In this document: positions 38,266 to 51,782 of the stretch, in pieces
Position numbering within the stretch: the first letter of the stretch is position 1
Layout of the letters: every line of letters begins with the position of its first letter
NCBI GenBank assembly: GCA_964016885.1
Contig: OZ024742.1
Location: 203,546,001-203,610,000, forward strand
From: Eledone cirrhosa
Lineage: Eukaryota
DNA length: 64,000 bases
Reading direction: 5' to 3'
Position numbers and translations under genes: made by a program
Notes under the pieces: generated by a model
Databases searched by the model: none
Told to the model about the DNA's origin: nothing
What the model saw: the letters and a program-made list of their open reading frames with translations, nothing else

Positions 38266-40597
38266 CTACCAACCAAACACCCAAGAACAAAGAAAACCGT
38301 GCCATAAACCTAATGAAAATTTAAAATATATAAATAAAGGCTCTTGCCATCCTCCTATAATTTTGAAAAATCTTATCCCTAATATTAGTCGTAGGATCTC
38401 CACCCTCTCTTCCTCAGAAGCTATTTTCAATAAGGCATCCCCTACTATAATAAAGCCCTTCAAAATAGCGGATTTAGCGAACCGATTAAATACATACCCA
38501 ACAATACTAACTCCTTTAAACATAATAATAGGAAAAGAAAAATAATCTGGTTCCCCCCTACTCTTTAGCAGTTAAAACTAATGTAAGCAAAAATTCCTGA
38601 GCTCTTAGATAAACATTTCCCTAGAACACATAGATACTATAAGATCTTCAATAGAAACTGTGTCAAATTCAGCTACGCCTGCGGTCCCCCTATTAAATCT
38701 TATATCCTCAATAAGAAAATACCCAGAGAACATTAAAATTGCTCCTGTAGAGTCAAAAGTGAATGCCCATTACAAGGTAAATGCAATACCAAAGCCATTA
38801 TATATGCGGCTAAAGTGACAACCACCAGCAACAACCTACCAGCCACCAGCGAACGATATATGGGTATGACACAAGACAAATTCAAAACGCGTTATTACTC
38901 ACATGTCGCATCTTTCCGACATCCTGAAAAAAGATTTATAACAGCTCTGGCTAGCAGAATACGGGATTTGAAAGACCAAGATATCCAATATAAATTAGAT
39001 TGGTCAATTTTGAACCAATCTAAAGAATATGCAAGAGGAACAAGATGATGCACACTCTGCATAAGTGAAAAATATTGGATTTTACAGAACCTTAAATCAC
39101 CAAAAACCTCCCTAAATGCAAAAACAGAAATTTTCACCAGTTGCCCACACATGAAATCACACTTACTTTCCAGCTCATATAAACTTAACTCACTTTCAGA
39201 TACTTATCCTCCATAAACTCTTGTTCTTCCCTTTCCTTAACTTACTTCTTTACAGACTTCTTTTTCTGATTTACTTTTATTTTTATTTTTAACTTCACAT
39301 CCACCAGTGACCCCCCCCCCCTGCTTTTTGATTCACTTACTTTATATCTTCACAATTTTACATATTTTACTTCTCCCTTTTCTTTCACTACCTGATATAA
39401 TTTGTCACTTGCGTTTTCAACTCCAGATATATTCTGTTGTCCCTCTGCCGCTGTTATGTATGTTTACTTGCGTATAATTTGTACTCATTTATTCATACGG
39501 TTGGTTTTTATATTATATGTATGCGTGTAGGTGTGCAGATGTGTGTATACGTGTTTGTATATGTAAACGAATGCATTTGTATGTGCGCATGTATGTGCAT
39601 ATGTGTGTGGGTGTGTGTGTGTGTTTTTATATCTATGTTTTTTACATACTTATATATATGTGTGTGTGTGTGTATGGTCGCGTGCGTGCCTGTGATTAGA
39701 TGTACATGTATGTATATATATGTGCTTCGTGTGTATGTATGCGCGCTTTTGTATGTATGTACACATGTATGTGATTTTGTCTGTGCGTATTTGTATATAT
39801 ATTTATATACATATGTGTGTGTACGAATCTCTGTATGTTTTCGATTTTTTCTAGTGTTACTTTATAATTGATAACCCTCCCTCTTACTTTCTCTTTGATA
39901 TCATTTTTTTATTCTCATATATTTTTTCATTTTTTCATTTTCATATTTTATATTTTGATACATGTATCGACCTTCAGCCTGACACTGCTTTGACTGATAC
40001 ACTCCCTTCCCTGTATATATCACATGCATGTATGTGGTTGCGCGTGTGTGTGTGTTTATACGCGTGCTTTCGTACTTGTATGCGTATATATTTCAATCCT
40101 TAGTCCCTGAGTCTGTATGTACGCCTACTCTATTATCTTACAATTTATTTTTTCAACATATATTATATACCTATTTGTGGTCACACATACACTGATATGC
40201 TTGCTCTCATGTATGTACTTACGCACACATTTTTTCACTATACACCACATGCATTTGTACATACACACATATGTACATTTGTAGGTGCATATACACACAT
40301 TTATACACAAACCCTTATTTATTTCCTTATTTTATTTTTATATATCTCTTGCATTACTTTTATTTATATATTTGTTTTGTCCGTTAAACTTTTGCCTTTC
40401 TTGAGAAGGTTTTTCAAATATTTCACTGTTTTAAATTGCCTTGTCTGACGAACGAATGAGGACGTTTCTTGTATTCGTCTTATTCGGGAAACCTCTGGTA
40501 ATGAGGTAATTATATTGTATTGTTTATTATACATTAAATTTATCTCTGTAACTTATATAGAGCACTCTTCACTCCTTTCAACGGAAACTTCAATACT
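38266..40597 (+). mobile_element. 5'-truncated decayed Naiad-like PLE (RT thumb, CxCx5Cx5C linker, GIY-YIG to ~39215) plus presumed 3' UTR
   Basis: YINKGSCHPPIILKNLIPNISRRISTLSSSEAIF; NCSCRVKSECPLQGKC; IIYAAKV..YMGMTQDKFKTRYYSH; CTLCISEK. Confidence 0.8.
40434..40511 (+). ncRNA. Type I hammerhead at the PLE 3' end
   Basis: AAUUGCCUUGU-CUGACGA-A-CGAAUGAGGACG..CGUCUUAUUCG-G-GAAA-CC-UCU-GG-UA^AUGAGGUAAUU. Confidence 0.85.
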
Positions 40598-40612
40598 TAT
40601 ATATATATATAT

Positions 40613-42546
40613 ATAAAAACAAATAACGAAACGAAATTAAATTTCGTTTCGTTTGTAACTCACTTTTGTATGACTGACGCTTAAACAATTAAGTTAAAGA
40701 TGTACATCCATATATGTATACTGAAATACTAGTATGTATATGAATACACACACGTATACATATGTAGGTGTACCAAGTTTTTTCACTGGTCACTTTACTG
40801 TGAGTGGCCAGCTATTCTGTATGTAAACACACAGACAAACCGGTTTTTAGAGTCATACTGGTTTTTGAGGAAACACCTCTCCTCTATTCTCCAGAAAGCC
40901 AGACAAGGAATATTGAACTAGTTTCGTTGTTGTTACAACTCATCAGCAATATTTACCTATCTTCCGGCCTCTCTAGAGAATCGTAAAAGCACATATCGTT
41001 ATATGCTTTTTCTATGAAAATTAGTAGTGGGCAGACTAATTTGCATAGAGTGTGAGTAAGTACCGGTTCAACGGAGACGATAAAAACAAATAACGAAACG
41101 AAATTAAATTTCGTTTCGTTTGTAACTCACTTTTGTATGACTGACGCTTAAACAATTAAGTTAAAGATGTACATCCATATATGTATACTGAAATACTAGT
41201 ATGTATATGAATACACACACGTATACATATGTAGGTGTACCAAGTTTTTTCACTGGTCACTTTACTGTGAGTGGCCAGCTATTCTGTATGTAAACACACA
41301 GACAAACCGGTTTTTAGAGTCATACTGGTTTTTGAGGAAACACCTCTCCTCTATTCTCCAGAAAGCCAGACAAGGAATATTGAACTAGTTTCGTTGTTGT
41401 TACAACTCATCAGCAATATTTACCTATCTTCCGGCCTCTCTAGAGAATCGTAAAAGCACATATCGTTATATGCTTTTTCTATGAAAATTAGTAGTGGGCA
41501 GACTAATTTGCATAGAGTGTGAGTAAGTACCGGTTCAACGGAGACGATAAAAACAAATAACGAAACGAAATTAAATTTCGTTTCGTTTGTAACTCACTTT
41601 TGTATGACTGACGCTTAAACAATTAAGTTAAAGATGTACATCCATATATGTATACTGAAATACTAGTATGTATATGAATACACACACGTATACATATGTA
41701 GGTGTACCAAGTTTTTTCACTGGTCACTTTACTGTGAGTGGCCAGCTATTCTGTATGTAAACACACAGACAAACCGGTTTTTAGAGTCATACTGGTTTTT
41801 GAGGAAACACCTCTCCTCTATTCTCCAGAAAGCCAGACAAGGAATATTGAACTAGTTTCGTTGTTGTTACAACTCATCAGCAATATTTACCTATCTTCCG
41901 GCCTCTCTAGAGAATCGTAAAAGCACATATCGTTATATGCTTTTTCTATGAAAATTAGTAGTGGGCAGACTAATTTGCATAGAGTGTGAGTAAGTACCGG
42001 TTCAACGGAGACGATAAAAACAAATAACGAAACGAAATTAAATTTCGTTTCGTTTGTAACTCACTTTTGTATGACTGACGCTTAAACAATTAAGTTAAAG
42101 ATGTACATCCATATATGTATACTGAAATACTAGTATGTATATGAATACACACACGTATACATATGTAGGTGTACCAAGTTTTTTCACTGGTCACTTTACT
42201 GTGAGTGGCCAGCTATTCTGTATGTAAACACACAGACAAACCGGTTTTTAGAGTCATACTGGTTTTTGAGGAAACACCTCTCCTCTATTCTCCAGAAAGC
42301 CAGACAAGGAATATTGAACTAGTTTCGTTGTTGTTACAACTCATCAGCAATATTTACCTATCTTCCGGCCTCTCTAGAGAATCGTAAAAGCACATATCGT
42401 TATATGCTTTTTCTATGAAAATTAGTAGTGGGCAGACTAATTTGCATAGAGTGTGAGTAAGTACCGGTTCAACGGAGACGATAAAAACAAATAACGAAAC
42501 GAAATTAAATTTCGTTTCGTTTGTAACTCACTTTTGTATGACTGAC
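40613..42546 (-). mobile_element. Left arm of the retrozyme-like array: 4 units of 467 bp plus ~65 bp
   Basis: Period 467 (40613, 41080, 41547, 42014, 42481); hammerheads (-) at 40909-40953, 41376-41420, 41843-41887, 42310-42354. Confidence 0.9.
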
Positions 42547-42548
42547 TG

Positions 42549-45362
42549 ACTTAATTGTTTAAGCGTCAGTCATACAAAAGTGAGTTACAAACGAAACGAA
42601 ATTTAATTTCGTTTCGTTATTTGTTTTTATCGTCTCCGTTGAACCGGTACTTACTCACACTCTATGCAAATTAGTCTGCCCACTACTAATTTTCATAGAA
42701 AAAGCATATAACGATATGTGCTTTTACGATTCTCTAGAGAGGCCGGAAGATAGGTAAATATTGCTGATGAGTTGTAACAACAACGAAACTAGTTCAATAT
42801 TCCTTGTCTGGCTTTCTGGAGAATAGAGGAGAGGTGTTTCCTCAAAAACCAGTATGACTCTAAAAACCGGTTTGTCTGTGTGTTTACATACAGAATAGCT
42901 GGCCACTCACAGTAAAGTGACCAGTGAAAAAACTTGGTACACCTACATATGTATACGTGTGTGTATTCATATACATACTAGTATTTCAGTATACATATAT
43001 GGATGTACATCTTTAACTTAATTGTTTAAGCGTCAGTCATACAAAAGTGAGTTACAAACGAAACGAAATTTAATTTCGTTTCGTTATTTGTTTTTATCGT
43101 CTCCGTTGAACCGGTACTTACTCACACTCTATGCAAATTAGTCTGCCCACTACTAATTTTCATAGAAAAAGCATATAACGATATGTGCTTTTACGATTCT
43201 CTAGAGAGGCCGGAAGATAGGTAAATATTGCTGATGAGTTGTAACAACAACGAAACTAGTTCAATATTCCTTGTCTGGCTTTCTGGAGAATAGAGGAGAG
43301 GTGTTTCCTCAAAAACCAGTATGACTCTAAAAACCGGTTTGTCTGTGTGTTTACATACAGAATAGCTGGCCACTCACAGTAAAGTGACCAGTGAAAAAAC
43401 TTGGTACACCTACATATGTATACGTGTGTGTATTCATATACATACTAGTATTTCAGTATACATATATGGATGTACATCTTTAACTTAATTGTTTAAGCGT
43501 CAGTCATACAAAAGTGAGTTACAAACGAAACGAAATTTAATTTCGTTTCGTTATTTGTTTTTATCGTCTCCGTTGAACCGGTACTTACTCACACTCTATG
43601 CAAATTAGTCTGCCCACTACTAATTTTCATAGAAAAAGCATATAACGATATGTGCTTTTACGATTCTCTAGAGAGGCCGGAAGATAGGTAAATATTGCTG
43701 ATGAGTTGTAACAACAACGAAACTAGTTCAATATTCCTTGTCTGGCTTTCTGGAGAATAGAGGAGAGGTGTTTCCTCAAAAACCAGTATGACTCTAAAAA
43801 CCGGTTTGTCTGTGTGTTTACATACAGAATAGCTGGCCACTCACAGTAAAGTGACCAGTGAAAAAACTTGGTACACCTACATATGTATACGTGTGTGTAT
43901 TCATATACATACTAGTATTTCAGTATACATATATGGATGTACATCTTTAACTTAATTGTTTAAGCGTCAGTCATACAAAAGTGAGTTACAAACGAAACGA
44001 AATTTAATTTCGTTTCGTTATTTGTTTTTATCGTCTCCGTTGAACCGGTACTTACTCACACTCTATGCAAATTAGTCTGCCCACTACTAATTTTCATAGA
44101 AAAAGCATATAACGATATGTACTTTTACGATTCTCTAGAGAGGCCGGAAGATAGGTAAATATTGCTGATGAGTTGTAACAACAACGAAACTAGTTCAATA
44201 TTCCTTGTCTGGCTTTCTGGAGAATAGAGGAGAGGTGTTTCCTCAAAAACCAGTATGACTCTAAAAACCGGTTTGTCTGTGTGTTTACATACAGAATAGC
44301 TGGCCACTCACAGTAAAGTGACCAGTGAAAAAACTTGGTACACCTACATATGTATACGTGTGTGTATTCATATACATACTAGTATTTCAGTATACATATA
44401 TGGATGTACATCTTTAACTTAATTGTTTAAGCGTCAGTCATACAAAAGTGAGTTACAAACGAAACGAAATTTAATTTCGTTTCGTTATTTGTTTTTATCG
44501 TCTCCGTTGAACCGGTACTTACTCACACTCTATGCAAATTAGTCTGCCCACTACTAATTTTCATAGAAAAAGCATATAACGATATGTGCTTTTACGATTC
44601 TCTAGAGAGGCCGGAAGATAGGTAAATATTGCTGATGAGTTGTAACAACAACGAAACTAGTTCAATATTCCTTGTCTGGCTTTCTGGAGAATAGAGGAGA
44701 GGTGTTTCCTCAAAAACCAGTATGACTCTAAAAACCGGTTTGTCTGTGTGTTTACATACAGAATAGCTGGCCACTCACAGTAAAGTGACCAGTGAAAAAA
44801 CTTGGTACACCTACATATGTATACGTGTGTGTATTCATATACATACTAGTATTTCAGTATACATATATGGATGTACATCTTTAACTTAATTGTTTAAGCG
44901 TCAGTCATACAAAAGTGAGTTACAAACGAAACGAAATTTAATTTCGTTTCGTTATTTGTTTTTATCGTCTCCGTTGAACCGGTACTTACTCACACTCTAT
45001 GCAAATTAGTCTGCCCACTACTAATTTTCATAGAAAAAGCATATAACGATATGTGCTTTTACGATTCTCTAGAGAGGCCGGAAGATAGGTAAATATTGCT
45101 GATGAGTTGTAACAACAACGAAACTAGTTCAATATTCCTTGTCTGGCTTTCTGGAGAATAGAGGAGAGGTGTTTCCTCAAAAACCAGTATGACTCTAAAA
45201 ACCGGTTTGTCTGTGTGTTTACATACAGAATAGCTGGCCACTCACAGTAAAGTGACCAGTGAAAAAACTTGGTACACCTACATATGTATACGTGTGTGTA
45301 TTCATATACATACTAGTATTTCAGTATACATATATGGATGTACATCTTTAACTTAATTGTTT
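42549..45362 (+). mobile_element. Right arm of the retrozyme-like array: 6 units of 467 bp plus 12 bp, inverted relative to the left arm
   Basis: Hammerheads (+) start at 42757, 43224, 43691, 44158, 44625, 45092; ends in (TA)n. Confidence 0.9.
42757..42801 (+). ncRNA. Minimal type I hammerhead (representative of 10 identical copies)
   Basis: AAUAUUG-CUGAUGA-GUUG-UAACAA-CAAC-GAAA-CUAG-UU^CAAUAUU; perfect stems I and II, palindromic stem III ACUAGU. Confidence 0.92.
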
Positions 45363-45453
45363 ATATATATATACATATACATATATATACATATATAATA
45401 ACGGTTGAGATCGAGAGCCAATGATTTCTCTCTCGTTGCTTACATGCACAGTT

Positions 45454-45484
<31 letters not shown>

Positions 45485-45489
45485 ATGTA

Positions 45490-45543
<54 letters not shown>

Positions 45544-45549
45544 CATAGA

Positions 45550-45613
<64 letters not shown>

Positions 45614-46455
45614 CCATAAAACTATTATGTAGGTGGAACTTAATACAACTAATTGACTTTATATCAGACAAAGAGAAGACATAAGCCAGATAAATGAATA
45701 ATTATCTAAATTAAACCAGGCCATGTTCCGTTCATTACTAATTTCTGAAAACATCACTTTTGCTTCACTAAATAAATATGACAGTACAGATGGTTGTTAG
45801 GGTGTGTATTTTCACAACATATATTTTAATATAAAACTCAGTCCACCCAGAAACAGATATGACTTTATGTATGCATTTTCAATCTGTCTTTATGTCTACA
45901 TCATATAAAGCACTTTAAGTATGTATGCCCACAGAAACAACAGTGAATCTCATGTATAAGAAAAGATGATGGGTTTAAATTTAGATAAGCGTCGACCTCT
46001 GGTTTGAGTAAATAAAATCTCCGAAGTGGGAAAATTCACAGGATCCCTAAGGAAGTTTCCGAAATGAATAAAAAAAAATACACAAGTTCTTATGCGCAGA
46101 AACAATTGAAAAAGATCCTGATAAATTGCTGTTTGAAATATATATATATCAGATTAAACCAGTATTAAACAACTTAGACCTATATTCAACAGAGTGCTCG
46201 ATATTTGGGATAGTAGAGTGTAACTATATTAGAGAGAGTCGGGGCTTGATTCGAGATGTCAACATGAATGGACCTGTTATTTTTATCTAAAGACATGTTT
46301 TCCAATTCCAACCCGCCCGTCCCCTCGATCTATCTTATTTCTCATTATTTCTTCTGTTGAAGGATTATCGTTAACCTAATATATTCCTTCCATATACGCT
46401 ACCGATTGTGTTGTTATCTCTGTTTACCTTTTACATACATACACACACACATATG

Positions 46456-47411
<956 letters not shown>

Positions 47412-47415
<4 letters not shown>

Positions 47416-47608
47416 ATAGAAGGAGCTTCTACAGGACTAGTACTGTTTCATTCAGATGAAATCTTCAGGAAGCTTCCTGAAGATTTCATCTGAATGAAAC
47501 AGTACCAGTCCTGTAGAAGCTCCTTCTATAAAATAAAAAATTTTACTCTGCCATGTATTGAGTACCTAACTTACTGTGGTTATCCTCGACTCAACCCGGG
47601 GCCTACGT
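47412..47608. mobile_element. Spacer-less fold-back with a hammerhead on each strand (+ copy 47471-47521)
   Basis: Palindrome centred on ggaagcttcc; AGCUUC-CUGAAGA-U-UUCA-UC-UGAA-U-GAAAC-AGUACCA-GUC^CUGUA-GAAGCU. Confidence 0.8.
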
Positions 47609-47707
47609 ATATATATATATATATATATATATATGTTTTATATATATATATATATTTTATATATATATATATATTTTATATATATATATATATTTTATAT
47701 ATATATA

Positions 47708-47813
<106 letters not shown>

Positions 47814-47821
47814 TATATATA

Positions 47822-48058
47822 TTTCGTTTCTGAATTTGTTTAGCAAGATTCTTTATCTGAAAGCGTGTGTTGAAAACGATATTGTTATACTTTGGCAGGG
47901 TCATGTTGCCAATAAGAAACGCACGCACCAGCTGTTTCACTTCAATTTATTATAATAAATTTATAAATTCCTAAATTTATAAATTTATCATAATAAATTG
48001 AAGTGAAAGCAACTGGTGCGTGTGTTTCTTATTGGCAACATGACCCTCCCAAAGTATA

Positions 48059-48059
<1 letters not shown>
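47822..48059. mobile_element. Fold-back of the 3' terminus of the 37136-37947 PLE family, in (TA)n
   Basis: ttatactttggcagggtcatgttgccaat (inverted) and attggcaacatgaccctcccaaagtataa. Confidence 0.8.
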
Positions 48060-48098
<39 letters not shown>

Positions 48099-48110
48099 AT
48101 ATATAGAGAG

Positions 48111-48229
<119 letters not shown>

Positions 48230-48309
48230 TATATATATATATTTATATATTTATATATATATATTTATATATATTTATATATATATATTTATATATATTT
48301 ATATATATA

Positions 48310-48360
<51 letters not shown>

Positions 48361-48409
48361 ATTTATATATATATATTTATATATATTTATATATATATAT
48401 CTATATATT

Positions 48410-48530
<121 letters not shown>

Positions 48531-48587
48531 GTATGTGTGCGTATAAAGAATATATTCTCAGCTGTCTTCTAGTCAAGCGGTGGGAGG

Positions 48588-48633
48588 AACGGTCCTGACG
48601 AAGGCCAGTTAAGCCTGAAATGCATAGATGGTT
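48588..48633 (+). ncRNA. Minimal type I hammerhead in a ~190-bp (TA)n-flanked insert
   Basis: AACGGUC-CUGACGA-AGGC-CAGUUAA-GCCU-GAAA-UGCA-UA^GAUGGUU. Confidence 0.85.
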
Positions 48634-48753
48634 GTCCCCCTTGCTTCTGCTGGACATCACCAGAGGGCGTTAGCTACGGCTTCCTAAAACTGTATTTCTT
48701 TGGAGATACGAAATATTTATACATATATACATATATACATATATATATACATG

Positions 48754-48825
<72 letters not shown>

Positions 48826-49487
48826 GTAATTAGGAATATTCCAAAGCTTGGTAGAACAAGTTGTGAGGAAAGTTATCAACATACGTTAAGGTGACTCGAC
48901 AGGTTGGTGGAGATTCTGTGGTGGAAACACGAACAAACGAGGAGTGTAATAAAAAAAGAGAAATAGGACGAAGGTAAACAGTTACAAAAGGATTTAATCC
49001 ACGTATTAACAATTGTTTCATCAGAATTTCAGTCCATTATTGCTACACTATGTAATAATAGGCAATCAAGAAAGATACTGTGGCATCCGAATTTTCAAAA
49101 TACAAAGTTGAAATGACCTTAGGAAATGAAATAATGGGTAGTAGTGTAAGATAGAGGAACAGAGAGAGAGAGGGGAAAAAGAGAGGGAGAGAGAGAGAAA
49201 AGGGACGGAGGTAGGGAGAGAAAGAGAAAGAGATAGGGTGGTGTGAGAGGATTTGTATAGAATATAGTTAAGTTACAAGAAGGGAGGGGGAGGAGGGTTG
49301 TGTGCTAAAAGTTGTGATGAGTAGAGGGAGAGATAAGGAAGATAGAATTTAAGTGGCAGTTAGTAGTGGACAGGTGAAAGTTTTACCAGAGAATAGATGA
49401 AGGAAGAAAGTATTAAATTTCATATATAGTCTATATTTTTAGGAGTGTAGAATTGTTATTTAGGGTAGAAAATGAAGAGAGGTAGTG

Positions 49488-50820
49488 TTAAGATTTAGTT
49501 GAAGGTTTGAAGTGTGAGAACTTCGCTCTTAGTTTATGCTGGCAAAAGATTGACCTTTCAATTTTGTTGTTGAGTAGTTGGTGGCCTGAGCTTAGGATAT
49601 GGAAGAGCTCATTATTACACAACGGGCACGTTTTCATCCCACTCCGGTATGGAGGAGCATGTGAGAGTTTGGTCCATTTAAGGGTGTATTGTCGGTTACT
49701 CCCTTTTAAGTGCCAAATTTTGTCGGCAAGGGTCGTTACGTAACGGTGTTGGGGGTGCTTTATTGCGTAACGATGCGTGTACCAACGAGTTGTGAAGGTG
49801 TTTGCAGTGCTGCCTATGTAGTGCGAGGTTTGGTTGTCCGACTCAACCGAGCACCTGTACACTAGGTTTGAATGCAAACATTCGTTATTCAATGGACAAG
49901 TCTCTGGAAGGTGGCAATTACAATTTCTGTTATGGGCAGGGGTGTTGTTGTTACGGAGTTTTTTGGCTTTGAGCATCTTAATGTGTGCGTCTAGGTTTGG
50001 TGCAGTGGAATAAGATAGTCTAATTGTTTTGGTATTGAGTATACTACTATATTTATGTGAATTTGGAAAGCGTTTTCTTATAATTTTGTAGAATGTGGAA
50101 GGTAAGTTAGAGCTAATAGAAGAGTTAAAAATAGGATTATACCAAATGTAAGATCTACTCCGTGTTCTGTTTTGCTTTAATGTTGCTGTTGTATTTGTGG
50201 TGTGGTTAGTATTAGGGGGTCTAGGTGCGTGTGTGCGGGTGTTTGTGGGGCGTTTGGCGTGTCTATGGGTATGTGTGTTATGGTTTTGCCGGTCTATGTA
50301 TTCTAGTTTGTCGGTGTGGCCAGTCCGTTTTAATGCAGTGTTGTAATATTCAGCGTGTTGATCAAATATTTGTTGGTTAGATGAGAGGCGGGATATTCTA
50401 AGTGATATACTATGTGGCACGGACCTTATAATAGATAGTGGGTGGTTAGAGCTAGTGTGGATGTAGGTGAGGTTCTCATTGTTTTTGTGAAAGGGTGTGA
50501 TAATTTGGGTGTTGAGGTTGAAGGTGGCATCTAGGAAGTTAACTACTTTGGTACTATATTCGTAGGTGATTTTAAGGCCAAGGCTATCTAGGGTTCTTCT
50601 AATGCTCTTACGGGTTCGCTCTATGTTTTGTTTATTCATGTTTTTAACTAATAGGAGAGCGTCATATCTATATATTCCGCCTTGAAGGTAACTAAATTTA
50701 TTATGTAAGGTGTGGGCTATGTATATACCAACAATATCCGTAATATCCGTAATATACCAACAATATCCGTAACTTGTGCTGAGTCATTAGCACCCATAGT
50801 TATGTCAAAGTTATCTATTC
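49488..50820 (-). pseudogene. PLE RT C-terminal half plus GIY-YIG endonuclease
   Basis: FDITMGANDSAQVTDIVG, GIYRYDAL (YRDD mutated), VNFLDATFNL, YIHTSSNHP, CNCHLPETCPLNNEC, LVYRCSV..YIGSTANTFTTRWYTH, CPLC. Confidence 0.9.
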
Positions 50821-51254
50821 TATCCTTACTAAAAGCGAGGTTCTCACACTTCAAACCTTCAACTAAATCTTAACACTACCTCTCTTCCTTTTCTACCCTA
50901 AATAACAATTCTACACTCCTAAAAATAGACTATATATGAAATTTAATACTTTCTTCTTTCATCTATTCTCTGGTAAAACTTTCACCTGTCCACTACTAAC
51001 TGCCACTTAAAATTCTATCTTCCTTATCTCTCCCTCTACTCATCACAACTTTTAGCACACATCCCTCCTCCCCCTCCCTTCTTGTAACTTAACTATATTC
51101 TATACAAATCCTCTCACACCACCCTATCTCTTTCTCTTTCTCTCCCTACCTCCGTCCCTTTTCTCTCTCTCTCCCTCTCTTTTCCCCCCTCTCTCTCTGT
51201 TCCTCTATCTTACACTACTACCCATTATTTCATTTCCTAAGGTCATTTCAACTT

Positions 51255-51357
51255 TGTATTTTGAAAATTCGGATGCCACAGTATCTTTTTTGATTGCCTA
51301 TTATTACATAGTGTAGCAATAATGGACTGAAATTCTGATGAAACAATTGTTAATACG
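51255..51357 (+). ncRNA. Type I hammerhead with U3-A8 core and 72-nt stem II (mirror copy 49002-49104, -)
   Basis: UGUAUU-UUGAAAA-U-UCGGA..UCUGA-U-GAAA-CAAUUG-UU^AAUACG. Confidence 0.7.
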
Positions 51358-51405
51358 TGGATTAAATCCTTTTGTAACTGTTTACCTTGCCCTATTTCTC
51401 TTTTT

Positions 51406-51436
<31 letters not shown>

Positions 51437-51522
51437 CGTACGTTATTCCGGGTTGAATCGGAGGTAACCACAGTAAGTAAGGTACTCAATACATTGCAGA
51501 GTATAAAAGTTTTAATATAGAT

Positions 51523-51575
51523 GAGATTCTACAGGACTAGAACTGTTTCATTCTTTAGAAATCATCAGGAATCTC
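51523..51575 (-). ncRNA. Hammerhead of the 47471 family in insert 51437-51580
   Basis: GAGAUUC-CUGAUGA-U-UUCU-AA-AGAA-U-GAAAC-AGUUCUA-GUC^CUGUA-GAAUCUC. Confidence 0.75.
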
Positions 51576-51618
51576 AGGAATATATATATATATATACGTA
51601 TATATACATACATATAAA

Positions 51619-51679
51619 TATTTTATCTGATGATAGCGTACCAAAATCTTGGTACCCTTGAAATATATATATTTGAATA
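51619..51679 (+). ncRNA. Partly decayed hammerhead related to 24857-24922
   Basis: CUGAUGA(51627)-UAGCGUACCAA-AAUC-UUGGUACCCUU-GAAA-UAUAUA-UA; stem I mismatched; downstream aataaatatggttttataaat shared. Confidence 0.6.
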
Positions 51680-51725
51680 AATATGGTTTTATAAATTTAC
51701 TTTTCCATTTATTTCATATCATTGT

Positions 51726-51782
<57 letters not shown>

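Larger units (their letters stand above)
48822..51409 (-). mobile_element. 5'-truncated Naiad-like PLE with inverted duplicate of its 3' region (50833-51409)
   Basis: Minus-strand ORF plus 3' UTR; 50833-51405 is the reverse complement of ~48955-49530; (TA)n on both sides. Confidence 0.9.

Noticed and set aside
39046-39048. In-frame TGA in a Naiad-like GIY-YIG as selenocysteine (known in some Naiads)
   Set aside because: It precedes the conserved CxxC and aligns with T/P in the other two copies; the element has other stops, so CGA>TGA decay is likelier.
40804-45241. Ten identical 60-aa ORFs (MASYSVCKH...)
   Set aside because: GTG start, antisense to the hammerhead, and not evident in the 434-bp sister family; a by-product of the repeat.
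40613-45362. Array as a CRISPR-like locus or a simple read fold-back artefact
   Set aside because: No variable spacers. Arms are unequal, flanks differ, and the same architecture recurs in diverged elements; read-level confirmation is still advisable.
51335-51341. CTGATGA as the hammerhead core box
   Set aside because: It overlaps the GAAA and has no stem II after it; it forms the 3' strand of stem II in the U3-A8 fold.
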